From an uncultured Candidatus Saccharibacteria bacterium (GTDB lineage Bacteria; Patescibacteriota; WWE3; UBA101185; 2-01-FULL-41-18): a stretch of 64,000 nt of DNA. The translations under genes were made by a program, and so were the position numbers. Each line of letters opens with the position of its first letter. The stretch's first letter is position 1. Under the pieces are notes generated by a model. It did not search any database. It saw nothing but the letters and a program-made list of their open reading frames with translations, and was not told where the DNA came from. Shown here in pieces: positions 8,680-17,588 of this stretch. The stretch lies in contig CAZWQF010000001.1 of NCBI GenBank assembly GCA_964636285.1, positions 76,908 to 140,907 on the forward strand, given 5' to 3'.

Positions 8680-11145
8680 ATGGAAAAAAATTATAATTTT
8701 AAAGAACTTGAGCCTCAAATTTATAAGAAGTGGGAGGAAAGAAAAGCCTTCACTCCTAAAATAGATAAAAATAAAAAGCCCTTCACTATTGTTTTGCCTC
8801 CTCCTAACGCAAGCGGAAAAATGCACACAGGAAACGTGCTCATGATTGCTATAGAGGATATTTTAATCAGATGGAATCGAATGAAAGGGATTCCTTCATT
8901 ATGGGTTCCTGGAACTGACCACGCAGGATTTGAAACACAAATTACCTACGAGAAAGCTTTAGCAAAAGAAGGTAAATCCAGGTTTGATTTTAAAAGAGCA
9001 GAGCTTTACCAAAGAATTTGGGATTTTGTGCAAACAAATAGAAGTGCTGTAGAAGAACAAATAAAACGAATGGGAGCCAGCGTTGACTGGAGCAGAAACA
9101 CTTTCACCTTAGACCCAAGAGTTGTAAGTACAGTTCATGACACCTTTATAAAAATGTATAACGACGGGCTTGTGTATAGGGGAGAGCATATTGTCAACTA
9201 CTGTCCCAAATGCGGAACAACTTTTGCAGATCTTGAGATTATTCATGAAGAAAGAAAAGACCCCTTGTTTTACATTAAGTATAAGCTTGTAGACAGAAAA
9301 CCGAATGAGCCCGAATTTCTTGTTGTAGCAACAGTGAGGCCAGAGACTATTTTTGTAGATACACATTTAGCAGTGAATCCAAAAGATAAAAAGAATTCAA
9401 AATGGGCAAAAGAAAATAGAAAAGTTATTAATCCTTTGAGTGGTGTTGAGATGGAATTTATTGAGGACTCTTTTGTTGATCCAAAGTTTGGGACTGGAAT
9501 AGTAAAGCTGACACCGGCTCACGATAAAAATGATTTTGAAGCAGCAGTTAAGCACGGACTTATGAAAGGCAAAATTTTTGCTGAAGTAAGCATTGTAGAT
9601 ACTCAGGGGAGAATGATAAAGAATAATTTGCCAATTGTTGGAGAAACTAATTTCAAAGAAATTTTTGGAGGGAAGAAAGTTTTGGAAGCAAGAAAAATGG
9701 TAATGGAAAAGCTTCAGACAGATGGAGCTGTTGAGAAGATTGATACAGAGTACCTTCATTCAGTTTCACTTTGTTATAAAGGCAATCACGAAGTAGAGCC
9801 TCTAGTTTTGCCAAACTGGTTTGTAAAAGTTGATGACGAGAAAATTTCGTTTAAAAAACCTGCTTATGAAGCTGTAAAAAAAGGCGAAGTTAAGATATAT
9901 CCAAAGTGGAGGGAAAAGACATATTTGAGATGGATGGAGGAAATGAGGGATTGGCCGATTTCAAGACAAACTATATGGGGGATTCAAATTCCAGTCTGGT
10001 ATCCCGTAACGGGAAATGAAAATCAAATTAATGTATCTTGGGTTGAAGAAATTACCGAAACAGGAGAAAAATTAAATCATACAAACACCTTGGGGTATTT
10101 TTTGGAAAACCTTTCTCATGAAGAGATAATTAAGAAACTGCAGAAAATTAAAGGAGGTTTGCAAAGAGTATTTGCAAAGCCTTTAGTGAGACCTATTCTT
10201 TCAAAAAATGACCCATCTACTGACTCTGAAACTTATTTTCCAGAAACCGATACTTTTGACACATGGTTTTCGTCCGGGCAGTGGCCGTTAGTAACATTAG
10301 GCTTTGGAGATCCTGAAAGAAAAGAAGACTTTGATTATTTTTATCCTACATCAGTTTTGGAAACAGGGTGGGAGATCATTAGATTCTGGGTTTCACGAAT
10401 GATGATGTTCGGAATTTATTTAACGGGAAAAGCCCCTTTCCATTCGATTTATTTACATGGACTTGTAAGGGCGATTGATGGAAAAAAGATGAGCAAAAGC
10501 CTTGGAAATGTGATTAATCCTGAAGAATACATTGCGGAATATGGTGTTGATGCACTGCGAATGGGACTTATTTCAGGAACGGCTGGCGGAAAAGATTTTA
10601 ATTTTCCAAAAGACAAAATAATTGCTTACAGGAATTTTGGAAACAAACTTTGGAACATGGCAAGATTTATGCTCATGATGCTAGAAAAAGCGAATGGGGT
10701 AGACGGTTCCAATGCCCTAAATGAAGCTAACATTGTGTTGGAAAATAACAATAAAGTAGGAAAACTGAATCTAGTAGAAGTTGATGATAAGAAGTCAAAA
10801 AAATTATTAAAAGATGAAGATAAAGAAATTCTTAAAAAACTAAATAGTGTTGTAAAGACTGTTGATAAGAATTTGGAGAAGTTTAGATTTTCACAAGCTG
10901 GAGAAGTGATCTATCAGTTTATGTGGCATGATGTTGCAGATGTATACATAGAACAAGTAAAAGTAAGGGAAGATAAAGAAGTTGCTTTGGGAGTTTTGAT
11001 GCATGTATATAAAACAGGATTAAAGCTTTTGCATCCATTTATGCCTTTTGTAACCGAAGCTATTTGGGATGAGGTTGCTATAACAAATGAGATGTCAGAT
11101 TTGCTACTTGCTGAGTCATTGTGGCCATCTTCTAGCAAGATATAG
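8680..11145 (+). CDS. valS: Valine--tRNA ligase (821 aa, compact)
   Basis: 'KPFTIVLPPPNASGKMHTGNV' (HIGH-type motif), 'KMSKSLGN' (KMSKS) and a ValRS-like N-terminus. Confidence 0.85.
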   Translation: MEKNYNFKELEPQIYKKWEERKAFTPKIDKNKKPFTIVLPPPNASGKMHTGNVLMIAIEDILIRWNRMKGIPSLWVPGTDHAGFETQITYEKALAKEGKSRFDFKRAELYQRIWDFVQTNRSAVEEQIKRMGASVDWSRNTFTLDPRVVSTVHDTFIKMYNDGLVYRGEHIVNYCPKCGTTFADLEIIHEERKDPLFYIKYKLVDRKPNEPEFLVVATVRPETIFVDTHLAVNPKDKKNSKWAKENRKVINPLSGVEMEFIEDSFVDPKFGTGIVKLTPAHDKNDFEAAVKHGLMKGKIFAEVSIVDTQGRMIKNNLPIVGETNFKEIFGGKKVLEARKMVMEKLQTDGAVEKIDTEYLHSVSLCYKGNHEVEPLVLPNWFVKVDDEKISFKKPAYEAVKKGEVKIYPKWREKTYLRWMEEMRDWPISRQTIWGIQIPVWYPVTGNENQINVSWVEEITETGEKLNHTNTLGYFLENLSHEEIIKKLQKIKGGLQRVFAKPLVRPILSKNDPSTDSETYFPETDTFDTWFSSGQWPLVTLGFGDPERKEDFDYFYPTSVLETGWEIIRFWVSRMMMFGIYLTGKAPFHSIYLHGLVRAIDGKKMSKSLGNVINPEEYIAEYGVDALRMGLISGTAGGKDFNFPKDKIIAYRNFGNKLWNMARFMLMMLEKANGVDGSNALNEANIVLENNNKVGKLNLVEVDDKKSKKLLKDEDKEILKKLNSVVKTVDKNLEKFRFSQAGEVIYQFMWHDVADVYIEQVKVREDKEVALGVLMHVYKTGLKLLHPFMPFVTEAIWDEVAITNEMSDLLLAESLWPSSSKI

Positions 11146-11185
11146 TTAAAAGTTTTATTTAATATTCCTCAAGTTAAGAAATGAA

Positions 11186-11221
11186 AAAGCCCCGGCAATC
11201 AGAGTTGAGTGTCGGGGCTTT
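11186..11221 (-). terminator. Rho-independent-type hairpin (AAAGCCCCG ... CGGGGCTTT) followed on the minus strand by a T-rich tract. Terminates the GC-rich minus-strand island operon.
   Basis: Inverted repeat read directly. Minus-strand reading gives stem-loop then TTTTCATTTCTT. Confidence 0.5.
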
Positions 11222-11235
11222 GTGTGGGTTCCTGA

Positions 11236-11619
11236 TCAGATTTCGTGGGTAATTCTGTACCAGGTTATTCGAAAATTGAGGGAGTTTAGAAATGCCTCCC
11301 AGCCCTCATCCCATTTCTTTAGGTGCTCTGGGATTGTACCTTTTGCTACTAGTAATATGTCTGTGTTGGCATCGGATCCTTCAACGTCGAACATACGCAA
11401 GAAGTAGCCTGCGTGCAGAATCATAATTCTTTCTATGGCTCTTTGAATCCTTTCAGGAGGGTTCTGAGCCCATTCCTTGCTCACGCATGAAACCACTTGC
11501 TTGAGATAGATCTCCATGCTTCCTGGATCACCTCTTTTGAATCGATCCCTAAACATCGGAAGGCTCGCTTTGAATATTGTGTCTAGAGTTCTTTCTACGA
11601 GTTCTGCGTCAGGTTGCAT
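11236..11619 (-). CDS. Hypothetical soluble protein (127 aa), last gene of the GC-rich island
   Basis: ORF track. GC-rich codon usage unlike the flanking genes. Confidence 0.5.
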   Translation of the reverse strand: MQPDAELVERTLDTIFKASLPMFRDRFKRGDPGSMEIYLKQVVSCVSKEWAQNPPERIQRAIERIMILHAGYFLRMFDVEGSDANTDILLVAKGTIPEHLKKWDEGWEAFLNSLNFRITWYRITHEI

Positions 11620-11719
11620 CCTGTGTCTCTCCCTATGTTACCTTGCGGTTGAAAAGGCCCGCGGGGAAGGTTGTGAGATAAATCTTCCTTCCTATCCACC
11701 GCGGGCCCTTAAGGTGTTG

Positions 11720-12346
11720 CTAGTGTTGTTGGGCGTTTCCCTGTTCCTGGCTGTGTATTCGTAATGCGCCTAGAACAGCACCCATCAATTGATTCGCAGT
11801 GCCTTCTGCTTCTTGGATTTCTTTCTGTTTGGCTTTCTGGTCCATGAATTGACCTTTTAACGCCTCAATTTGCTTTTTGAGGTGCTGAGGGTCTTGGACG
11901 CCAGGGAAGTTATACCCCCTTCCCTTTGCCACAAACTTGATATCTCCTGTGCTTAGTACCCTGATCAATACCGGATTTACTCCTCGGCCTTCAATCCAGG
12001 CAGCAAATCCAGATGTTAAACCAGAGAACCAGCCTCTATTTACATTGACACTCTCCAGATCCAAAAACTCAACCCCAGCTAGTTCGTCTCTGAGACGACT
12101 AGGTTGCCAGCCTTCATTAATGTTGATCCTTCCGGCATTCATATCCACTGAGATGAAGGCTGTGGAGTGTACAGCATAGTAGAGTGCGTAGAACCCAAGG
12201 GTAAGGGCGGCTATACCGAACAAAACCCAGCCTAAGCTTGGGATTTGGTCAAGCCAGCTTGTGTTCTCTTGAATCCACCATGGCATGGCAATGCTTGCAA
12301 CCGCTCCTACATTCAGTAGTAGCCCTTTAGGCGTAAAGAGCGCCAT
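11720..12346 (-). CDS. Membrane protein with two N-terminal TM helices followed by a bacterial PH-like (YdbS/YdbT-like) soluble domain. The start is more likely at internal Met (MALFTPKG) at 12346 than at 12475.
   Basis: ORF 11720-12475 overlaps the upstream gene by >100 nt. Met44 gives a 22-nt intergenic gap. Two hydrophobic helices are followed by an ~100-aa beta-rich segment ('VLIRVLSTGDIKFVAKG'). Confidence 0.45.
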   Translation of the reverse strand: MALFTPKGLLLNVGAVASIAMPWWIQENTSWLDQIPSLGWVLFGIAALTLGFYALYYAVHSTAFISVDMNAGRININEGWQPSRLRDELAGVEFLDLESVNVNRGWFSGLTSGFAAWIEGRGVNPVLIRVLSTGDIKFVAKGRGYNFPGVQDPQHLKKQIEALKGQFMDQKAKQKEIQEAEGTANQLMGAVLGALRIHSQEQGNAQQH

Positions 12347-12368
12347 TCCAAGCAGATTTCTTCTAACC

Positions 12369-12923
12369 TTAAATTCCGTCTCCGTCTCCGTGTGAGAGGT
12401 GCGGCTTTGCGCTTGTGGGCTCTTCACTTTTGGTGGCCCCAAGCACAGGCGCTGATTCAGCCTGGCTGGGTCCATCCTTTTCCTCAGGTTTGAGAAGAAT
12501 CTGCGTAGCCAGGAGAATTATCCCCATGACAATTAGCCACGTGACTGAGGTCAGGATCCAGTCAAAGTTGAAGAGCTTCCAAATCGCGATAGTGATCGCA
12601 TACATAAGAATCAGGAAGCCGTATCCTTTAAACGGACTTCCTTTTCCTAGGATAGTGATCAGTTTCTTTCCTTGTGTCGTGAGGGTTGTGGAAAGAGCCA
12701 GAAAGAACCCCAGAGCCAGAAGCCCAGAATCAAGCGCAGCGTCAGCAATGATGGCTGCGTTGTCTGGCTTGTAGGGAATATCTTTCATCGATCCCGTGTT
12801 GAATGTTTCCCAGGCACTCTGTATTCCGGTGTACGAAAAGTACACTCCAAATAACACAAAAATGCCGATAGGGATGAGCGCCGAGATCATTGTTCTCATG
12901 TTAAGGTCTTGAGCTGATTTCAT
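12369..12923 (-). CDS. Polytopic membrane protein (about 4 TM), island gene
   Basis: ORF track. Four hydrophobic helices. Ser/Pro/Glu-rich C-terminal tail. Confidence 0.55.
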   Translation of the reverse strand: MKSAQDLNMRTMISALIPIGIFVLFGVYFSYTGIQSAWETFNTGSMKDIPYKPDNAAIIADAALDSGLLALGFFLALSTTLTTQGKKLITILGKGSPFKGYGFLILMYAITIAIWKLFNFDWILTSVTWLIVMGIILLATQILLKPEEKDGPSQAESAPVLGATKSEEPTSAKPHLSHGDGDGI

Positions 12924-14062
12924 TGGTAACTCCTTGTCTTGTTACAGATGTGAAGTCCGTAAGTTTGACATGCTATCGATTGGTTCCTGGGGGGGGCAAT
13001 GTTTGCTGGAGGTTGGTTGGGACTTGGTGGGAGATTGGGAGGTATAACCTCGGGAGGCCCGCCCTTCACAATAGTCGCTGGTCCTTCCTCCATCCAGCCC
13101 GACATATTCGCTTGGATCTCTTCTAAGCGTTTTTCAGGCTCTCCTTCCAGTGGTCTTTGCCCTAGCAGGAAGTTCAAGTCCTTAGCTGTAAGAAGGACCA
13201 CAACGGGTTGAAACTGCCGTGTGTTATCCGGCCAGCTAACTTGAACTTCAAGTGTTGCCCCATCGCTTCTTTCCGGGGCGTTTCCTGTGAACCTACCGGT
13301 TTGGACTTTCAGTCCATAGAGATACAGGAGCTCTTCACCGGTTGGGGTACGTCCAGAGATGTTGAGAACCTTCACCCAGAAGAGCACTTCATAGGCAATA
13401 TGCACTCGTGGGTTGACTTTCAAGACTTCTTCAGCAACCTGTTTCAATCGCGTGGCATTTTCTGGCGTGACTGGGCCGTGAAGTTCATCAACCATGGGCT
13501 TGAGAGCTGTTGCTTGTTCAAGTACCCATATGCCAAGCAAGTCCTTTGGGTAGTTTGATACTGCCAAACGGGCCTGCTCCAAAGCTTTGTTGACGTCAGC
13601 GCCATCGCTACTCAGAGCATATGTATCTGGTGCCGCCCCCGGTTGCAGACCAAAGAGGTACTGAAGTGCCACATGGCTCTCGATCGAACCTGGTTTTGGA
13701 AGGAGCTCCGCAATCGGTGTTTCGACCACAGGGACTTGCACCGTTTGACCTGCTTGCGTAGGGACCAATGCACTTACTGTTGGGGTCACAACGCTTGCTG
13801 GAAAAAGGTTCTCGCCAGTGCTGGCAAAGTAACCTTCTTGAGCGCCAGGGGCAAGGTCTCCTCCCAATTGCTTTGTGTCCCCCACAAAGAAGAAAACTCC
13901 AGCTATGTATTTGTATAGGGAGTCCTTCATATAGGGGTTTCTATATGCCCCTGAAGCTGCGGCGAGAATAACTGACAGTGTGAGGATAAACCCAACCAGT
14001 GCCCTAAACAATTTGGTAGGGGATGTAATTAGTTGAGCTACTCCATCAAGGAAGTCTTTCAT
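12920..14062 (-). CDS. N-terminally membrane-anchored extracytoplasmic protein with a proline-rich C-terminal segment (PPEVIPPNLPPSPNQPPANIAPP), island gene
   Basis: ORF track. Single N-terminal TM. 4-nt overlap (ATGA) with the downstream gene, suggesting translational coupling. Confidence 0.55.
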   Translation of the reverse strand: MKDFLDGVAQLITSPTKLFRALVGFILTLSVILAAASGAYRNPYMKDSLYKYIAGVFFFVGDTKQLGGDLAPGAQEGYFASTGENLFPASVVTPTVSALVPTQAGQTVQVPVVETPIAELLPKPGSIESHVALQYLFGLQPGAAPDTYALSSDGADVNKALEQARLAVSNYPKDLLGIWVLEQATALKPMVDELHGPVTPENATRLKQVAEEVLKVNPRVHIAYEVLFWVKVLNISGRTPTGEELLYLYGLKVQTGRFTGNAPERSDGATLEVQVSWPDNTRQFQPVVVLLTAKDLNFLLGQRPLEGEPEKRLEEIQANMSGWMEEGPATIVKGGPPEVIPPNLPPSPNQPPANIAPPRNQSIACQTYGLHICNKTRSYQ

Positions 14063-14078
14063 TTTTTCCTCGCTTTCC

Positions 14079-16235
14079 TTACGGCATAATTCCGTATTCT
14101 ACAAATTCGCTCTCAGTGAAGAGAGGTGTTGTAGTCATACGCACTATGCTGTATAGGACTTGAATTGTTTGTTGCTCTAGGTTTTGCCCTATCGGCAATC
14201 CAAGAATTACAGATGGGTCTATTGTCCCTGCTTGTTTGCTTGTGATTGGTTGTTCAGGTTGATTCCCTGAGACAGACCACACATAGCCATTTTCTCCTTT
14301 TGTTGCTGCAATAGCGTATGCAATTTTCAGAGATCTCAAGAGGAATAACTGGAGCGGAACATTTTTCTGCGTGCTACCTTTAGCGTCAGAAGTGTACATT
14401 ACCGCTGCGGAGAGTACGCTGTTCCAGCCTTCATCAGCTTGTGTGTTTTGAATCCTTCCTTCTTCATCCCATGCGTTTCCTAGGAATCCGTACTTGTTTT
14501 CCAAGGTTTTGATTTGTGTTGCTCTTTGGCCTAGTGTCTCCCAATACCAAGCGCTTTTTGGGTCGTCCCATGCGCCAGGGTTATAGCCACATAGTGAGCT
14601 CCATATGTCACCTGTAGCAATCCAGCTTCCCCAGCACCCCCTTGTAATGAGGTGCCTAGTAGTGCAATCTGCCACAGAAGATGGGTTGTTCCATGGGTCC
14701 ATTGGGCTGTTTGCACATAGCTGTCCAGGAGCAAAATACGAAGGTAGGATTTGTGTCCTGCCTACAGCCCCAGCAGAGGATCCCATGATTTCAAGTGGGC
14801 TGATAAACCTACCAATTCTTTGTGGTAAGTCAGTTCTGGTGTTGAGCCAGTTTGCAATTGCTACAAGGCCCTCTCGTTGGAGTTTTGCCTCATTTGAAAT
14901 CTTCATGCCTAGCACAACACTTTGGTACCAACTTACTGGCCATCTTTCCTCTACGGCATACCAGGCTATGTGGTAACCCCAAGGGCCAGGAGTAGTCGGA
15001 TCAATGTTTCCCCATTCGTTCTGGTTCGTTTCCCCAAAGGGAATTGAGGCAGCAACGCTTGGCGGAAATACAAATCCATTTTCTCCAGACTCAACAGGAC
15101 TCCCATTTTCATCTCTAGGTACCGCAGCTTTATAGAAAGCCCACAGGAGTTCTGGGTCATATCCAATCTCGGATGCTGCAAGTACAAAAACTCCAGGTGC
15201 CTTGCTTGTTTGAGACTGTACATAACCCTTGGTCACAGAAGGGAGGGGAAAGAGTGGGATTTTTGCGATCACCAGAATTGCAAATACGGAGAGGATCGGC
15301 GACAGAATTGTAAGAACTCTGCTGAAGGTCATTTCCGTGATTCGAATTGGTGCTGTCAAAATCCTAATGGCTCTTCTTAGGTCTGCCACCACTCCCACCA
15401 TTGTGACTTCACGTCTGGGGGTTTGTCTTGGCCTGAATACAAACGTAAATCCGTAATATAGAAGCAGTGTTAATGATGTGATGAGAAGTAGGAGTTGGCT
15501 GAAGACCTGGAAAACCATGCTTGTTAGAAGCTTGGTGTACCATTCCTCCCACCACAGCATTGGAATCTGCACTTTGTTGATTTCTGCAATCTCAAGTGCG
15601 GCTTGCACGCTGTTTTGGATCTGGCTTGAAGTAGCCCCTTCTTCCCCGGTGGTACCATCCGCGTACCCTAGGTACTCCGATGGGTTTAACCACTTAACTT
15701 GCTTCAGGTCCTCCACAGTGTGGATGGTTCTGGGATCAATAGCTGTGACACCAAAGTGCACATGATCCGCATTCCCAAAGCCAGACTCACCGATTCTACC
15801 AACAACTCCAACGAGCTGCCCTTTTTCAACCCAATCTCCAACCTTAACAATTGGATTTAAGGTGATGGATTCCTCATCTAGGTGCACATACTGTGTGTAG
15901 AGCACTTCTGCTCCGCAAGTATGCGCAATCCAGATCGAGTTTTCCCATTTCCCTCCAACTTGATCGGGCCAGTCTCCCATGAGCACAACGCGTCCGCTTT
16001 CGGAAGCGTGTACTGGCGTTCCTGCACCTCCAAGAAGATCAATGCCTGAATGGCTATTTGATACCTCAAAGGGAGTCTCTGCTCCAAAGGCTAGCGCCCC
16101 AACTTTGGCTCCTGGTATAGGAGTATCAAAGTCGCAGCTTGCATCAGCCAATGAAGCATTGGTTATACCTTGTGCTGCTCCTGTTATTGCTAGGAGAGCA
16201 GCTACCAACAAACTTCTCAGTCCTTTGGTTTCCAT
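14079..16235 (-). CDS. Secreted or membrane-embedded bifunctional peptidoglycan hydrolase: N-terminal M23 (LytM) metallopeptidase domain, a central cluster of about 6 TM helices, and a C-terminal family-3 (MltB/SLT_2-like) lytic transglycosylase domain
   Basis: Signal peptide 'METKGLRSLLVAALLAITGAAQG'. M23 motifs 'HSGIDL', 'IWIAHTCGAEVLYTQYVHL', 'GESGFGNADHVHFGV'. Hydrophobic block at residues ~235-330. C-terminal 'SSAGAVGRTQILPSYF' resembles the SLT_2 'S.AGAMGPMQFMPSTF' motif. Confidence 0.65.
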   Translation of the reverse strand: METKGLRSLLVAALLAITGAAQGITNASLADASCDFDTPIPGAKVGALAFGAETPFEVSNSHSGIDLLGGAGTPVHASESGRVVLMGDWPDQVGGKWENSIWIAHTCGAEVLYTQYVHLDEESITLNPIVKVGDWVEKGQLVGVVGRIGESGFGNADHVHFGVTAIDPRTIHTVEDLKQVKWLNPSEYLGYADGTTGEEGATSSQIQNSVQAALEIAEINKVQIPMLWWEEWYTKLLTSMVFQVFSQLLLLITSLTLLLYYGFTFVFRPRQTPRREVTMVGVVADLRRAIRILTAPIRITEMTFSRVLTILSPILSVFAILVIAKIPLFPLPSVTKGYVQSQTSKAPGVFVLAASEIGYDPELLWAFYKAAVPRDENGSPVESGENGFVFPPSVAASIPFGETNQNEWGNIDPTTPGPWGYHIAWYAVEERWPVSWYQSVVLGMKISNEAKLQREGLVAIANWLNTRTDLPQRIGRFISPLEIMGSSAGAVGRTQILPSYFAPGQLCANSPMDPWNNPSSVADCTTRHLITRGCWGSWIATGDIWSSLCGYNPGAWDDPKSAWYWETLGQRATQIKTLENKYGFLGNAWDEEGRIQNTQADEGWNSVLSAAVMYTSDAKGSTQKNVPLQLFLLRSLKIAYAIAATKGENGYVWSVSGNQPEQPITSKQAGTIDPSVILGLPIGQNLEQQTIQVLYSIVRMTTTPLFTESEFVEYGIMP

Positions 16236-16540
16236 CTTGCTCTCCTTTCAGGAGTAGATTTTGGTGCAACTTATGCTCTGCACCTGAGCTTATCTTCCCA
16301 ATTTTCTTTCTCTTACCTAAACGTTCCTTATTTTCTTTTCAAAGTTCAAAGCCCCTCCACCTATCCATCCGATCAACCACATTTAGTAGTTTGACAGTCA
16401 GGTGATATAAATTGTTTTATTGAATAATTTATGGGCTTTTAGATGCAGTGATTTTAGACCCATGTATAAACAGAGTCAAACGGATTTTATGATAACTATA
16501 GGATAATTTGCCTATAACCCAAAGTAGACCTCAATGAAAA

Positions 16541-17224
16541 CTAGTCCTTCTTTTCGTCTTTCTTTGCGGCGGCTTTTGCAGCTTTCTGCTCTTCTGTTAA
16601 CTGCTCTGTAGCAGCAACATTAGCAACAAGCTCTGCCTCTGAAGGTGCTTCAGCTGGCGCTTCTTCCTTCATTTCGGCGTAGTCAATCTTAACTACAAGC
16701 TCGTCCTCTTCTCTTCCAATAACATCAACCTTTGTTCTATCAATCTTAAGGTCTTTAACTGCAATTGACTGATCAAGCTCTATAAGCCCTGTTATATCAA
16801 CATCAATCGAATGGGGAATGTCGGATGGGAAACACTCTACCTCTAACTCATCAATAAGTGTAAGCAAAAGACCTTCTCCTGATTTAACAATTGGGGATTC
16901 CCCTATAAATCTGACTGGGACCTGTGCCTTAATCTTCTCTTTAAGGTTAACTTTATGCAAATTTGCGTGAATAATAAAATCTTTTACTGGATCAAAATCT
17001 ACATCTGAAATTAGAACTTTTCCAAATTCTTTACCATCAAGCTTTACATCAACAAGGGATGTTTCTCCTGCTCTTCTAAAAACTTTATCAAATTCAAGTA
17101 AGCTGAGGGTAATTGCAACAGAATCTTCACCTTTTCCAAAAATTACGCCTGGGATTTGTCCCTTGCTTCTGAGGGTTTTGCTTTTTTTACCAAGTACTGT
17201 TCTTTTTGTTGCATTAAGTTCCAT
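16541..17224 (-). CDS. rplY: 50S ribosomal protein L25 / general stress protein Ctc
   Basis: 'MELNATKRTVLGKKSKTLRSKGQIPGVIFG' is a canonical L25 N-terminus. Acidic, Lys-rich C-terminal extension as in Ctc-type L25. Confidence 0.85.
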   Translation of the reverse strand: MELNATKRTVLGKKSKTLRSKGQIPGVIFGKGEDSVAITLSLLEFDKVFRRAGETSLVDVKLDGKEFGKVLISDVDFDPVKDFIIHANLHKVNLKEKIKAQVPVRFIGESPIVKSGEGLLLTLIDELEVECFPSDIPHSIDVDITGLIELDQSIAVKDLKIDRTKVDVIGREEDELVVKIDYAEMKEEAPAEAPSEAELVANVAATEQLTEEQKAAKAAAKKDEKKD

Positions 17225-17520
17225 AATTTTCCTTTTTTTAATACTAAGTGAAGATCAAGAAGATCGTCACTACTAACTGACTGTTTACCTATAAACTCCT
17301 TAATTTCTTCGGGCAATAAATCTGTTGTCACCGGAAGAATTCCGGAGCCTCCTAGCGTGATTGTTATCATGCTTTCAGCTTTACAGTTTGGACAAGTGAC
17401 ATGAGCTGTCACAGCAACGGGCATTTCTGAAATGGGAACTATACTTGCTCCATCCAGACTGGATCCGCACTTGTAACAGAAGGTTTTTAATAAGTGTTCC
17501 TTAATCAGTTTCTTGTCCAC
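17143..17520 (-). CDS. Small zinc-ribbon protein (two CxxC pairs). Its 3' end overlaps the rplY start by about 80 nt in another frame.
   Basis: 'CYKCGSSL ... CPNCKAE' motifs. ORF-track coordinates overlap 16541-17224. Confidence 0.45.
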   Translation of the reverse strand: MDKKLIKEHLLKTFCYKCGSSLDGASIVPISEMPVAVTAHVTCPNCKAESMITITLGGSGILPVTTDLLPEEIKEFIGKQSVSSDDLLDLHLVLKKGKLWNLMQQKEQYLVKKAKPSEARDKSQA

Positions 17521-17588
17521 GTGCTAGCGTATTTTATTGATAAACAAGCATTATGTCAATTGCGCTTTTACCTCTGTTACGGCCTTAA

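Noticed and set aside
11937-16257. Numerous 60-125-aa plus-strand ORFs (for example 12415-12774, 13208-13558, 14605-14976, 15478-15765, 15979-16257) inside the GC-rich island
   Set aside because: GC-rich DNA yields long spurious antisense ORFs. All are nested within the longer, domain-supported minus-strand genes.
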